From the NCBI GenBank assembly GCA_029780855.1, contig JAKOXV010000013.1:28873-92872 (forward strand): a stretch of 64,000 bases of DNA, read 5' to 3'. Of this stretch, positions 8,640 to 18,416 are shown in pieces. Origin of the DNA: a bacterium. GTDB taxonomy: Bacteria; Patescibacteriota; Saccharimonadia; Saccharimonadales; JAUPVS01. Both the position numbers and the translations under genes were made by a program. The first letter of the stretch is position 1. Every line of letters starts with the position of its first letter. Under the pieces are notes generated by a model, which was given only the letters and a program-made list of their open reading frames with translations, made no database searches and had not been told where the DNA came from.

Positions 8640-11600
8640 TGCGACGGTATTCAAGTGGTACAGACATCGCTGATTTTGACGCTGTCCGATTAGCTGTAGC
8701 GAGCCCGAACGACATTTTGGATTGGTCGTACGGTGAAGTTACGAAACCAGAAACAATCAACTACCGTACCCAAAAACCAGAACGTGACGGATTATTCTGT
8801 GAACGTATCTTTGGGCCGGTGAAAGACATCAATCCTCATGACGCAAAATATAAGGGCGTTCGTTCACGAGAAGCTGCAGTAGACAAAAATGGTGAAATCG
8901 TTACAAAGAGCATCGTTCGTCGTGAACGCATGGGGCATATTAGCCTGGCTAGTCCGGTAGCGCATATCTGGTTCCTACGTGGTACTCCAAGCGCTATAGG
9001 CTTGGTTCTCGGCATGACCGTTAAGAACCTGGAAAGGATTGCGTACTTTGCTTCCTATGTCATTAAGACTGTGGATGAAGAAAAACGGGATCAACTCCGG
9101 GCGGACAAAGAAGCCGAGTTCGACGCTGCAAAACAAGCAATTAAGCTCCGATACGAAAAAGAAGCTAAAGCTGAAGATGCAGACGTAAAAGCTCTTGCTG
9201 AAGCTCAGACTAAGGAATTGGATGAAGTAGCTGCCGAATACGAAACTATCTTCAACCAGTTTGATTCACTCAAAAAGCAGAATCTCATTAACGAGACAGA
9301 TTACCGCGCTCTACCAGATGAGCTCCGAAAGTTAATTACCGTCGGTATGGGTGGTGAAGCACTGAAAGATTTGCTTGAAGAGGTAGATCTAGAAAAACTT
9401 ATTGACGACCTTACCGCTGAAACCGAAGAAGCGAAAGGTCAGCGCAAAAAGAAGCTAATGAAGCGCTTGCGCTTGCTAGAAAGTATGCACCGAGCCGGTA
9501 TTACTCCGAACAGCTTGTGCGTCACGGTTCTTCCAGTTATTCCTCCGGATCTTCGCCCGATGGTGCAGCTTACCGGTGGTCGGTTCGCAACTTCCGATTT
9601 GAACGACCTCTACAGAAGGGTCATTAACCGAAACAACCGTCTTAAGAAACTGATTGAGCTCAATGCACCTGAAGTTATTCGACGCAACGAACAGCGCATG
9701 TTGCAAGAAGCTGTAGACGCGCTCATAGACAACAGCAACGCTCGTTCTGGGCGTGCAGTTGCCGCTACGGGACAACGTCGACGACTCAAGTCACTGAGCG
9801 ACATGCTTAAAGGTAAGCAGGGACGTTTCCGTCAGAACCTGCTTGGTAAGCGCGTTGATTACTCTGGACGTTCAGTAATCGTGGCCGGTCCAGAACTAAG
9901 TATTAGTCAGTGTGGTTTGCCTAAGATGATGGCTCTAGAGCTATTTAAACCATTCGTTATTGGTGAGTTGATCGAAAAAGAACTAGCCCACAACATCCGT
10001 TCTGCTACTCGCATGATTGAAGCAAATGAGACCGCTGTATGGGATGCGTTAGATGAGGTTATTAAGGGAAAATACGTTCTTCTTAACCGCGCTCCTTCAC
10101 TTCACCGCTTGTCAATTCAGGCTTTCCAGCCGATCTTGATTGAGGGTAAGGCGATTCAGTTACATCCCCTTGTATGTAAAGGTTTCAATGCTGACTTTGA
10201 CGGTGACCAGATGGCTGTTCACCTACCGTTGAGTGATAAGGCCCAAGCTGAAGCTCGCGAAATCATGGCCAGCAGCGTTAACTTGCTGAAGCCAGCCGAT
10301 GGTTCTCCGATCCTTCATATCGAGCAAGACATTGTCTTGGGTTGTTACTATCTGACCTACGAGCGTCCGGAGCAGTCAAAGGAAGTGCATTCATTTACTG
10401 GTATTAATGAGGCTATCATGGCCCTCGATGCAGGTACCGTTACGCTCCAGAGCTATGCACGGATGCCTTTCAGAGGTGAAGTTCGTCAGACAACGGTAGG
10501 TCGCATCATCTTTAACGAAGTATTCCCTGAAGACTTCCCATTCCAAGATGAGCCGATGACCAAGAAGAAGTTGCAACAAGTTCTAGCGCTGGCTTACCAA
10601 AAGTATGGTCAGGCTCGTACTGCTGCTATTGCGGACGATTTAAAGACGCTTGGATTTGAATATGCCACCCAATCAGGTCTATCCCTGGGAATGAGTGACT
10701 TCCGAGAAGTTAAAGGCTTGGAAGATATTCTAGAAAGTGGTGAAAAGAATGCAGCTGAAATCAGTGATCAGTACGACCAAGGTTTCATTACCGACGAAGA
10801 GCGCTACCGTTTGATCGTAGATAACTGGCTAAAGATTGACGCTCGCGTACAAGAAACGCTTAGCCAGCAGTTCACCAACGAAGATAGCTCTATGTCTATC
10901 GCAGTGGTTTCTGGTGCTCGCGGTAACATCGGTCAGGTAAAGACTGCTGTTGGTATTCTTGGGGTAACTATGGATACCACCGGTAAAGCTATTGAGCTTC
11001 CGATCAAGTCTGGCTATAAAGCCGGTCTGACGCCGCTTGAATACTTTACTTCTACTCGTGGTACTCGTAAGACGATGATCGACACTGCCCTTAAAACTGC
11101 TGACTCTGGCTACTTAACACGACGTTTGGTTGACGTAGCCCAAGATGTCTTTACGACCGAGGAAGACTGTGATGATCCTGGATTCCCCGTATATCGTTCA
11201 GATTCTGAAGAGATTGGTACAAGCTTTGCTTCTCGACTGGAAGGACGTTTTGCCGCTGAGACAGTTGGTAAACACGTGAAGAAGGGTGCGTTAATCACAC
11301 CCGATATTGCAAAAGCTATTGAAGCTGATGCTGAGCAAGATGGCGTACGCATCATGAGTGTGCTTTCATGCACAACCGTTCGTGGCATTGCTCAAAAATC
11401 ATATGGCGTTGATCCAGCAACCGGTAATATCGTAGCCAACAGCTACCCAGTAGGTGTTATCGCAGCTCAGAGTATCGGTGAGCCAGGAACCCAGTTAACA
11501 GTGCGTTCTTACCATGGTGGTGGTTCTGCTGCTGCAGAAGACATTACCCAAGGTTTGCCTCGTGTTGAAGAACTGTTTGAGGTTCGCGCCCCAAAGGGTC

Positions 11601-12445
11601 AGGCCTTCTTGGCTGAAATCGGTGGAGTGGTTAAAGCATGGGAAGAGGGTGACCATTACGTTGTTGAAGTAGTCGCCAAAGAGCAAGAAAAAGTTGAGTT
11701 TAAACTCGGTGAGCGCGTTGCTAAGGTAAAGAACAATTCAGAAGTAGCGAAGGGCGATGTCGTCGCGGCGCTCGAAGACGATTCTGAGCCAATCGTTGCA
11801 ACGATCGCCGGTAAGGTAGACGTCAAGAAGAAGACGATAAGCATATCGCCAACCGCAAAGAGTGTAGTCCGATACGAGATACCTGGATTTAAGCAGCTTA
11901 CCGTCAAAGATGGTGATGTGGTGAAAGCGGGTGATCGTCTAACAAACGGTTCGATTAACCTACACGAGCTGATGCGCCTGCAGGGCATTGAAGCAACGCA
12001 ACGGTACATCATGAACGAAGTGCTTCGAATCTTTGCAAGCCAGGGTCAAAATATTGCTGACAAACACCTTGAAATCATTGTGCGTCAGATGTTTAGCCGT
12101 GTGCAGGTTGAAGACTCAGGAGACAGCGAATTTGTAACAGGTGATGTTGTTAGCAAGATCGCTGTTCTGGAAGAGAATGAACGACTTCTAGGTGAAGGAA
12201 AAAATCCCGTTCAGTTTAACCAACTGCTACTTGGAATTACTAAATCCTCACTTTCAACCGAGTCATTCCTATCCGCAGCATCTTTCCAGGACACTACTCG
12301 TGTACTGATCAGTGCAGCCACCAGCGGAAAAGTAGACCACCTATATGGTCTGAAAGAAAACGTCATCTTAGGACGTCCGATACCGGTAGGTACCGGCATG
12401 CTTGAAGAAGATGAGCCGGTAGAGATGGTTGCGCCAGAGGCGTAA
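8639..12445 (+). CDS. rpoC: DNA-directed RNA polymerase subunit beta'
   Basis: 1268 aa with the catalytic NADFDGDQMAVH motif. The start overlaps the rpoB stop (TAATG). Confidence 0.97.
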   Translation: MRRYSSGTDIADFDAVRLAVASPNDILDWSYGEVTKPETINYRTQKPERDGLFCERIFGPVKDINPHDAKYKGVRSREAAVDKNGEIVTKSIVRRERMGHISLASPVAHIWFLRGTPSAIGLVLGMTVKNLERIAYFASYVIKTVDEEKRDQLRADKEAEFDAAKQAIKLRYEKEAKAEDADVKALAEAQTKELDEVAAEYETIFNQFDSLKKQNLINETDYRALPDELRKLITVGMGGEALKDLLEEVDLEKLIDDLTAETEEAKGQRKKKLMKRLRLLESMHRAGITPNSLCVTVLPVIPPDLRPMVQLTGGRFATSDLNDLYRRVINRNNRLKKLIELNAPEVIRRNEQRMLQEAVDALIDNSNARSGRAVAATGQRRRLKSLSDMLKGKQGRFRQNLLGKRVDYSGRSVIVAGPELSISQCGLPKMMALELFKPFVIGELIEKELAHNIRSATRMIEANETAVWDALDEVIKGKYVLLNRAPSLHRLSIQAFQPILIEGKAIQLHPLVCKGFNADFDGDQMAVHLPLSDKAQAEAREIMASSVNLLKPADGSPILHIEQDIVLGCYYLTYERPEQSKEVHSFTGINEAIMALDAGTVTLQSYARMPFRGEVRQTTVGRIIFNEVFPEDFPFQDEPMTKKKLQQVLALAYQKYGQARTAAIADDLKTLGFEYATQSGLSLGMSDFREVKGLEDILESGEKNAAEISDQYDQGFITDEERYRLIVDNWLKIDARVQETLSQQFTNEDSSMSIAVVSGARGNIGQVKTAVGILGVTMDTTGKAIELPIKSGYKAGLTPLEYFTSTRGTRKTMIDTALKTADSGYLTRRLVDVAQDVFTTEEDCDDPGFPVYRSDSEEIGTSFASRLEGRFAAETVGKHVKKGALITPDIAKAIEADAEQDGVRIMSVLSCTTVRGIAQKSYGVDPATGNIVANSYPVGVIAAQSIGEPGTQLTVRSYHGGGSAAAEDITQGLPRVEELFEVRAPKGQAFLAEIGGVVKAWEEGDHYVVEVVAKEQEKVEFKLGERVAKVKNNSEVAKGDVVAALEDDSEPIVATIAGKVDVKKKTISISPTAKSVVRYEIPGFKQLTVKDGDVVKAGDRLTNGSINLHELMRLQGIEATQRYIMNEVLRIFASQGQNIADKHLEIIVRQMFSRVQVEDSGDSEFVTGDVVSKIAVLEENERLLGEGKNPVQFNQLLLGITKSSLSTESFLSAASFQDTTRVLISAATSGKVDHLYGLKENVILGRPIPVGTGMLEEDEPVEMVAPEA

Positions 12446-12483
12446 CTGTGGTAAAGTTTACAAGATTTAATTAATGTCCGAGC

Positions 12484-12537
12484 CGTGCACCAAGGAGTTC
12501 GCTATACAGGAGTTGGCGCTCAGTGAACTCCTGCACG
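12484..12537 (+). promoter_or_regulatory. Alternative hairpins in the rpoC-rpsL spacer
   Basis: The 3' arm gaactcctgcacg (12525-12537) can pair either with cgtgca..ggagttc (12484-12500) or with caggagtt (12507-12514). No U-run follows. Confidence 0.3.
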
Positions 12538-12560
12538 ATGCGGTAGACAAAGGAGAATAA

Positions 12561-12974
12561 ATGCCAACAATCAATCAATTAGTGCGCAAAGGACGCCAGG
12601 AGAAATCTGACAAGTCAAAGTCTCCTGCTTTGCAGCGCGTGGTCAACAATTTAAAAACAAAAGCATACGAAAAACCTGCACCATTTAAGCGGGGTGTATG
12701 TGTTAAGGTGACCACCAAGACACCAAAGAAGCCTAACTCTGCGCTTCGTAAAGTGGCTCGTGTTCGGCTTACTAACGGTCAAGAAGTGTGGGCTTATATT
12801 GGCGGCGAAGGCCACAACTTACAGGAACACGCCGTGGTGCTTGTTCGTGGTGGTCGTGTAAAGGACCTTCCTGGTGTACGTTACCACATTGTTCGTGGTT
12901 CTCTGGACCTCCAGGGTGTTCAAAACCGTAAACAAGGCCGATCTAAGTACGGTGCCAAGAAGGAGAGTAAATAA
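12561..12974 (+). CDS. rpsL: 30S ribosomal protein S12 (uS12)
   Basis: 137 aa starting [12 protein letters not shown], with the [10 protein letters not shown] motif. SD aaaggag lies upstream. Confidence 0.98.
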   Translation: MPTINQLVRKGRQEKSDKSKSPALQRVVNNLKTKAYEKPAPFKRGVCVKVTTKTPKKPNSALRKVARVRLTNGQEVWAYIGGEGHNLQEHAVVLVRGGRVKDLPGVRYHIVRGSLDLQGVQNRKQGRSKYGAKKESK

Positions 12975-13450
12975 TGCCACGTAAAGTAACAAAATCTCTC
13001 GTTCGTGATATTCCTGCAGATCGAATGTATAACAGCGTACAGGTACAGCGCCTGGTTAACCGCGTTATGTTAAACGGTAAGAAACAACTTGCTGAAAGAC
13101 TGGTATACAACGGTATGCAAAAAGCTGCTGACCGCCTTAAAGTGAAAAACCCGCTTGATGTTTTTGAGCAAGCCATGAAGAACGTGCAGCCTCAAGTTGA
13201 AACTCGTTCTCGACGTGTCGGTGGTGCAAACTATCAGATCCCCTTTGAAGTAAAAGGCCAACGCCAGAATCACCTCACTATGATGTGGTTTGTTGCGGCA
13301 GCCCGTGCCCGTAAGGGAATGAGCATGGAGGATCGTATTGCCCTAGAACTCGTTGACGCGTACAACAATACCGGAACAGCAGTTAAAAAACGTGAAGATA
13401 CGCATAAGATGGCTGAAGCTAACCGTGCCTTCGCTCACTTTGCTCGGTAA
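12974..13450 (+). CDS. rpsG: 30S ribosomal protein S7 (uS7)
   Basis: 158 aa with typical uS7 sequence. The start overlaps the rpsL stop. Confidence 0.98.
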   Translation: MPRKVTKSLVRDIPADRMYNSVQVQRLVNRVMLNGKKQLAERLVYNGMQKAADRLKVKNPLDVFEQAMKNVQPQVETRSRRVGGANYQIPFEVKGQRQNHLTMMWFVAAARARKGMSMEDRIALELVDAYNNTGTAVKKREDTHKMAEANRAFAHFAR

Positions 13451-13463
13451 GGAACGTAATTGT

Positions 13464-13724
13464 ATGGCAGAACGTAGTGATATTCCTCAGGAAGTGACGA
13501 TTGATACCTCCGACTATGGCGTTGAACTACACTGCCCCTATCGGAGAACGATAGAAGCAAACTTTTCAGGATTGCATCCTGACGGGTATCAGTTCGAGGA
13601 AAATATTGCATTTCTCAGTGATTTCAAGCAGGAGCAGGAAAAGAACAAGTGCCAATATTTGCAAGACGGTATATGTAAGCTAGCCAGCTTTGCGATACAT
13701 ATAGCACCGGAAGGGTACATATAG
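13464..13724 (+). CDS. Hypothetical acidic 86-aa protein inserted between rpsG and fusA
   Basis: ATG 13464 is preceded by aaggaacg. No recognisable family and no TM helix. It shares a reading frame with a longer track ORF (13353) that overlaps rpsG. Confidence 0.5.
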   Translation: MAERSDIPQEVTIDTSDYGVELHCPYRRTIEANFSGLHPDGYQFEENIAFLSDFKQEQEKNKCQYLQDGICKLASFAIHIAPEGYI

Positions 13725-13734
13725 GAGTACAAAA

Positions 13735-13947
13735 GTGGGCGAAGTATTCAATAACCAAGTCTGTGTAGACCAAGAAATTGCTGGACAAAAAGAACCATCG
13801 TGCGTAGATGCACCTGATTTAGAACCATCGAAATCGTTATTTGTGGTGCTTCCGACAGAACTTATTAAGACTGGCATTAGTAAAGTCCTAGCCCTACAAG
13901 AAGATTTAGAACAACGTGCCTGGGCCTTGATATGGGACAAGCAGTAA
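13735..13947 (+). CDS. Hypothetical acidic 70-aa protein inserted between rpsG and fusA
   Basis: GTG start with AGGAG 7 nt upstream. No recognisable family. Confidence 0.5.
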   Translation: MGEVFNNQVCVDQEIAGQKEPSCVDAPDLEPSKSLFVVLPTELIKTGISKVLALQEDLEQRAWALIWDKQ

Positions 13948-13981
13948 CAAATTTCATAAACAAGAAGTAAGAGGAACAATA

Positions 13982-16069
13982 ATGGCAACTAAAAAGACCG
14001 AAATGAAGAACATCCGAAACCTCGGTATTATCGCGCATATCGATGCCGGTAAAACTACCACTACCGAAGGTATCCTGTATCGTACAGGGCTAAAGCATAA
14101 AATTGGTGCGGTACATGAAGGTGAAACGACAACTGACTGGATGGCGCAGGAACGCGAACGCGGTATCACCATCGTTGCAGCATCTGTGACCTGTTTCTGG
14201 AAGGGAAATCAAATTAACATTATTGACACCCCAGGCCACATCGACTTTACCGTTGAAGTAGAGCGATCACTTCGCGTACTCGACGGTGCTTGTGTGGTCT
14301 TTGACGGCAAAATGGGTGTGGAATCGCAAAGTGAAACTGTTTGGCGTCAGGCGGACAAATACCATGTTCCTCGTATTTGTTTTATTAACAAAATCAACCA
14401 AACCGGTGGCGATTTTTACAAATCTCTTGAATCTATTCACAATCGTCTTAGTAAGCGCGCTTTCCCGGTACACCTCCCAATCGGTTTTGAACAATCAGTC
14501 AATGGCGTAGTGGACCTGGTTGAAATGAAAGCGTACACCTATAAAGATTTCGCTGACAAAGAACTTACTGAAGGAGATATTCCTGCAGACATGATGGATC
14601 AGGTAAAGAAATACCGAAGTCTTCTGATTGAGAATGCGGTTGCAGAAGATGAAGCGATGCTAGAAAAATACTTTGAAGTAGGTGAAGATGGTCTGTCTAC
14701 CGAAGAGATTAAGCAAGCTATCCGTACTGCAACACTTACCGGTCAGTTCTATCCCGTTACTGGTGGAGATGGTCGCGGTGTAATCGTTGAAAAAGTGCTC
14801 GATTTAGTAAATGAATACTTGCCGAGCCCGTTAGACGTTGGCTCAACCTGGGGAACGCACCCTAAAACCGGTGATGAAATTGAGCGTAAACCTAGCGAGG
14901 CAGTGCCGTTTGCAGCCCTAGCGTTTAAAATTACCACTGACCCCTTTGTTGGTAAGCTGGCATACTTCCGGGTATACTCAGGTAAGATAGCCGCTGGTTC
15001 CTATGTGTTAAACAGCTCAACTGGTGAAAAAGAGCGTGTAGGCCGTATCGTACGCTTGCAAGCTGACAGTCGTGAAGACGTTACAGAGGTAGGGGCTGGA
15101 GATATTGCCGCTATCGTAGGATTAAAAGGCACGACAACCGGAAACACATTAAGTGACCAAACGAAGCCGATCGTGCTCGAGAGTATTACATTCCCAGAAC
15201 CCCCCGTTTCTATCGCTATTGAACCAAAAACTAAGAGCGACCAAGAAAAGATGTCACTTGCTCTGCAGCGCTTGGCAGAAGAGGACCCAACATTCCGAGT
15301 CCGAGTAGATGATGAAACTGGTCAAACAATTATTTCGGGTATGGGTGAGCTGCATTTGGAGATTCTGGTAGATCGTATGAAGCGCGAATTTAACGTTGAG
15401 GCAAACATCGGTCAGCCGCAGGTTGCGTACCGTGAAACTATTCGAAAAGACGATGTTGAAGTGGAAGGAAAATTTGTTCGCCAATCTGGAGGTCGCGGTC
15501 AGTACGGTCACGTATGGCTCCGTCTTAGTCAGAACGAAGCTGGTAAGGGATTTGAATTCATAAACAGCATCAAGGGTGGTGTGGTTCCTGCTGAGTATAT
15601 TACGCCAGTCAGAAAAGGTATTGAAGAAGCGATGGCTAATGGTGTTCTGGCGGGCTATCCGGTAGTTGACATTAAAGCTGAACTTTATGATGGAAGCTAC
15701 CACGATGTGGACTCATCTGAAATGGCCTTCTCTATTGCCGGCTCTATGGCTTTGCAGGAGGGCGTTAAGAAAGCAAGTCCTGTACTGCTTGAGCCTGTTA
15801 TGAAAGTCGTAGTGGTTACTCCAGAAGAGTTTATGGGTGACGTTATTGGTGATCTTAATGCTAAACGTGGCCGAATCGAGACTTTGGAAGATCTTTCTGC
15901 TGGTATTAAAGAAATCACTGCTTTTGTGCCACTAGGAGAAATGTTTGGCTACACCACTAACCTGCGCTCAATGACGCAGGGGCGAGCAAGCTCAAGTATG
16001 GAACTTGACCACTATGCTGACGTACCAAATAATGTTACCGAAGCTATCATTGCCAAAAACGCGAAGTAA
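13982..16069 (+). CDS. fusA: Elongation factor G
   Basis: 695 aa with G-domain motifs AHIDAGKTT and DTPGHIDF and domains II-V throughout. The SD is aagagga. Confidence 0.97.
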   Translation: MATKKTEMKNIRNLGIIAHIDAGKTTTTEGILYRTGLKHKIGAVHEGETTTDWMAQERERGITIVAASVTCFWKGNQINIIDTPGHIDFTVEVERSLRVLDGACVVFDGKMGVESQSETVWRQADKYHVPRICFINKINQTGGDFYKSLESIHNRLSKRAFPVHLPIGFEQSVNGVVDLVEMKAYTYKDFADKELTEGDIPADMMDQVKKYRSLLIENAVAEDEAMLEKYFEVGEDGLSTEEIKQAIRTATLTGQFYPVTGGDGRGVIVEKVLDLVNEYLPSPLDVGSTWGTHPKTGDEIERKPSEAVPFAALAFKITTDPFVGKLAYFRVYSGKIAAGSYVLNSSTGEKERVGRIVRLQADSREDVTEVGAGDIAAIVGLKGTTTGNTLSDQTKPIVLESITFPEPPVSIAIEPKTKSDQEKMSLALQRLAEEDPTFRVRVDDETGQTIISGMGELHLEILVDRMKREFNVEANIGQPQVAYRETIRKDDVEVEGKFVRQSGGRGQYGHVWLRLSQNEAGKGFEFINSIKGGVVPAEYITPVRKGIEEAMANGVLAGYPVVDIKAELYDGSYHDVDSSEMAFSIAGSMALQEGVKKASPVLLEPVMKVVVVTPEEFMGDVIGDLNAKRGRIETLEDLSAGIKEITAFVPLGEMFGYTTNLRSMTQGRASSSMELDHYADVPNNVTEAIIAKNAK

Positions 16070-16155
16070 TAAGTGGTTCAGTTAACCTCGTCCTAACAGT
16101 TGTGGCGTTATGGTTATTTTGCTAAGCTTATCTCATAAAGGTAAGTGAGCGGCAC

Positions 16156-18078
16156 ATGGGTAACATCATATATCTGATCAAGGGTTACTACTCTAATGAT
16201 AGGGTTCGTAAGATATTCTACGTGGTTGTTTTTGCACTTATTGGTATGATTTTACTGCGCTTTTCTAGTGCACTGACGCAGATTGCTGGTATTGATCCTG
16301 AAGATGGATCACTTTCTGGCAATGTGGGCATAACTTCAGACCCGGAAGCCTCAAATGGCCAAGCAATTGTATTCGGACAAAAAGCACTGTACGTTTCTTC
16401 ATCCGGGAAAGATAGCAACCCTGGGACAGTTAATGAGCCATTTGCGACGATCGCTCATGCCCGGGATGTCGTTCGCACAATGAATAGCGCTATGACCGGA
16501 AACATTACGGTGTATGTCCGTTCAGGGACTTACGACATTACAAATACGCTTACATTTGATATTGCTGATTCAGGTATGAACGGGCATGACATTATTTATC
16601 GGAGTTACCCAGGTGAAACAGCGACGATTAGTGGCGGGCAAAAGATAACAGGTTGGACGGTTGCAGATAGCGGTAAAAATATCTGGAAGGCAAGCGTACC
16701 TAGCGGATCAAATTTTTTGCAGCTCTATGTTAATGGTGCCAGGGCTCAAGTAGCGAGAGGTAGTGATAGACCAGCTGGCTACACAAAAACAGGTTCAGGA
16801 TTTACAACGCCGGACTCTAGCATGCAAAACTGGAGAAATGTGGAAGATGTAAGAGTTGTCGGTTTCAACCAGTGGAAGCTGTTTAAGTGTCCGATTTCCT
16901 CAATTACTTCTTCGATTATAAACATAGTACAGCCCTGCTGGGATAACGCCTTAGCAACCAATGATAATTGGGTGTTTAATAGTGTCCAGTACATAGAGAA
17001 TGCCTATGAACTACTCGACTCTGAGGGCGAATGGTATCTGGATCGATCGACAAATACGGTGTACTACAAGCCAAAAATAGGAGAAAACTTAACTACTTCA
17101 TCTGTTGTTGCACCTATGACTGAAACATTGATAAAAGGGACGAATGTCCATAATTTAGCATTTGAGAACTTCCGGTTTGCCTACGCAGGTTGGACTCAAC
17201 CGTCTGACAGTAGTGGTTACACAGCACTCCAGGGAGGCTACCATTTTGTTGGAACCACTAGAGAATTACAAAGAATAGCCGGTAACCTGACTTTTCGAGG
17301 TTCAAGTGACATTCGTTTTGAGGGCAATGTGTTTGCTCGTCTGGGAGGGAGTGGCCTTGTATTTGATGGAGGAAGTCAGGATACAGAAGTGATTGGCAAC
17401 AAGTTCGAAGATATATCCGGACCGGCTGTAATGTACGGTGATATTAACGATAGCGCCCAGTCAGATGTAGCTAAACAAAATCGTTTAAGCTCGTTTAAGG
17501 ACAACTACGTGACAAAAGTGGGACAAGATTACTACGATGCTGCCGCCGTGTTTGCCGGATATATTGACGGGCTTTCGATAGATCATAACGAGATTTACGA
17601 TGTACCACATTCTCCGGTTGCTATCGGATGGGGATGGGGGATAGCTTCGTACGCCAAAAATAATGCTGTTACTAATAACTACTTCCATGACTTTACCAAA
17701 GTACTGCAGGATTCGTCTGCAGTGTATTTACTTGGACCCATGCAAAATACTGTAATTTCGAAAAACTATTGGAGTAATGGTGTAAATAAATACGGCTGTA
17801 TATATCCTGATCAAGGAACTGCCTATACAACCTGGAGCAATAATGTCTGTAAACAGGTGCATGAATGGTTGCACATATGGCAGAGTTCAGTACATGATAA
17901 CATCGTGCAAAACAACTATTATGATTCTCCAGGAAACACCAACAATGGAACAAATAATTCCGTTAGCGGAAATACCTATGTATCAAATAATGTCTGGCCA
18001 ACGGCTGCTCAAACAATTATGGATACTGCCGGTATAGAGCAGAAGTATTTGGGAATAAAAAACGCTTCGCTACCCTAA
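16156..18078 (+). CDS. Membrane-anchored right-handed parallel beta-helix (pectin-lyase-fold) protein, possible surface polysaccharide lyase/hydrolase
   Basis: 640 aa with an N-terminal signal-anchor (IFYVVVFALIGMILL). It shows repeated beta-helix turn signatures (VIGNKFEDISG, IDHNEIYDV, VTNNYFHDF, ISKNYWSNG, VQNNYYDSPGNTNNGTNNSVSGNTYVSNN). Confidence 0.65.
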   Translation: MGNIIYLIKGYYSNDRVRKIFYVVVFALIGMILLRFSSALTQIAGIDPEDGSLSGNVGITSDPEASNGQAIVFGQKALYVSSSGKDSNPGTVNEPFATIAHARDVVRTMNSAMTGNITVYVRSGTYDITNTLTFDIADSGMNGHDIIYRSYPGETATISGGQKITGWTVADSGKNIWKASVPSGSNFLQLYVNGARAQVARGSDRPAGYTKTGSGFTTPDSSMQNWRNVEDVRVVGFNQWKLFKCPISSITSSIINIVQPCWDNALATNDNWVFNSVQYIENAYELLDSEGEWYLDRSTNTVYYKPKIGENLTTSSVVAPMTETLIKGTNVHNLAFENFRFAYAGWTQPSDSSGYTALQGGYHFVGTTRELQRIAGNLTFRGSSDIRFEGNVFARLGGSGLVFDGGSQDTEVIGNKFEDISGPAVMYGDINDSAQSDVAKQNRLSSFKDNYVTKVGQDYYDAAAVFAGYIDGLSIDHNEIYDVPHSPVAIGWGWGIASYAKNNAVTNNYFHDFTKVLQDSSAVYLLGPMQNTVISKNYWSNGVNKYGCIYPDQGTAYTTWSNNVCKQVHEWLHIWQSSVHDNIVQNNYYDSPGNTNNGTNNSVSGNTYVSNNVWPTAAQTIMDTAGIEQKYLGIKNASLP

Positions 18079-18314
18079 ATTGTTGCTGAATAAACCGAAA
18101 ACTTACGAGTTATGAAATTGGGGAGTATATATTACATACAAGGAAGAAGAATTACACATACTTGTAGCCCCTGTCGAAAAAAATACGGAGGAAATTGTAA
18201 CTGAATGTCATATTATTGGGAAATTTGCATTGCATCCGATTGAAGCGATGCATGATTTCTTTGACCAGCTTAAGTACATCTCTGACCACCGGCGATATTA
18301 AGTGATAATCTAGC

Positions 18315-18343
18315 TTTACAAACGGTGTTAGATTGGGTAAGAT
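18315..18343 (+). promoter_or_regulatory. Putative tuf promoter (TTTACA-17-TAAGAT)
   Basis: By-eye consensus match within the 338-nt non-coding spacer upstream of tuf. Confidence 0.35.
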
Positions 18344-18416
18344 ATTTCGGTAACTCGCGTGAGTTGTTGCTCGCGTATGTAAATTAGAATTAAACAATAA
18401 GAGGAGTTTCACATAA

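Noticed and set aside
5402-12399. Numerous 60-130-aa antisense or out-of-frame ORFs inside rpoB/rpoC (for example 6507-6899, 8416-8760, 11656-12012); similar ones occur inside fusA, tuf, rplA and rplL (15254-15703, 18680-18982, 48880-49134, 56888-57331)
   Set aside because: They are fully embedded in highly conserved genes. Their composition simply mirrors the sense strand; for example, Ala/Ser-rich stretches lie opposite Ala/Glu-rich sense regions. None has an independent start signal.
18112-18204. 30-codon Cys-containing ORF (MKLGSIYYIQGRRITHTCSPCRKKYGGNCN) in the 338-nt spacer upstream of tuf
   Set aside because: A CxxC plus a basic character hinted at a tiny zinc-ribbon protein. However, there is no SD or promoter-proximal start, only three Cys, and nothing to separate it from chance. 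I noted it but did not call it.
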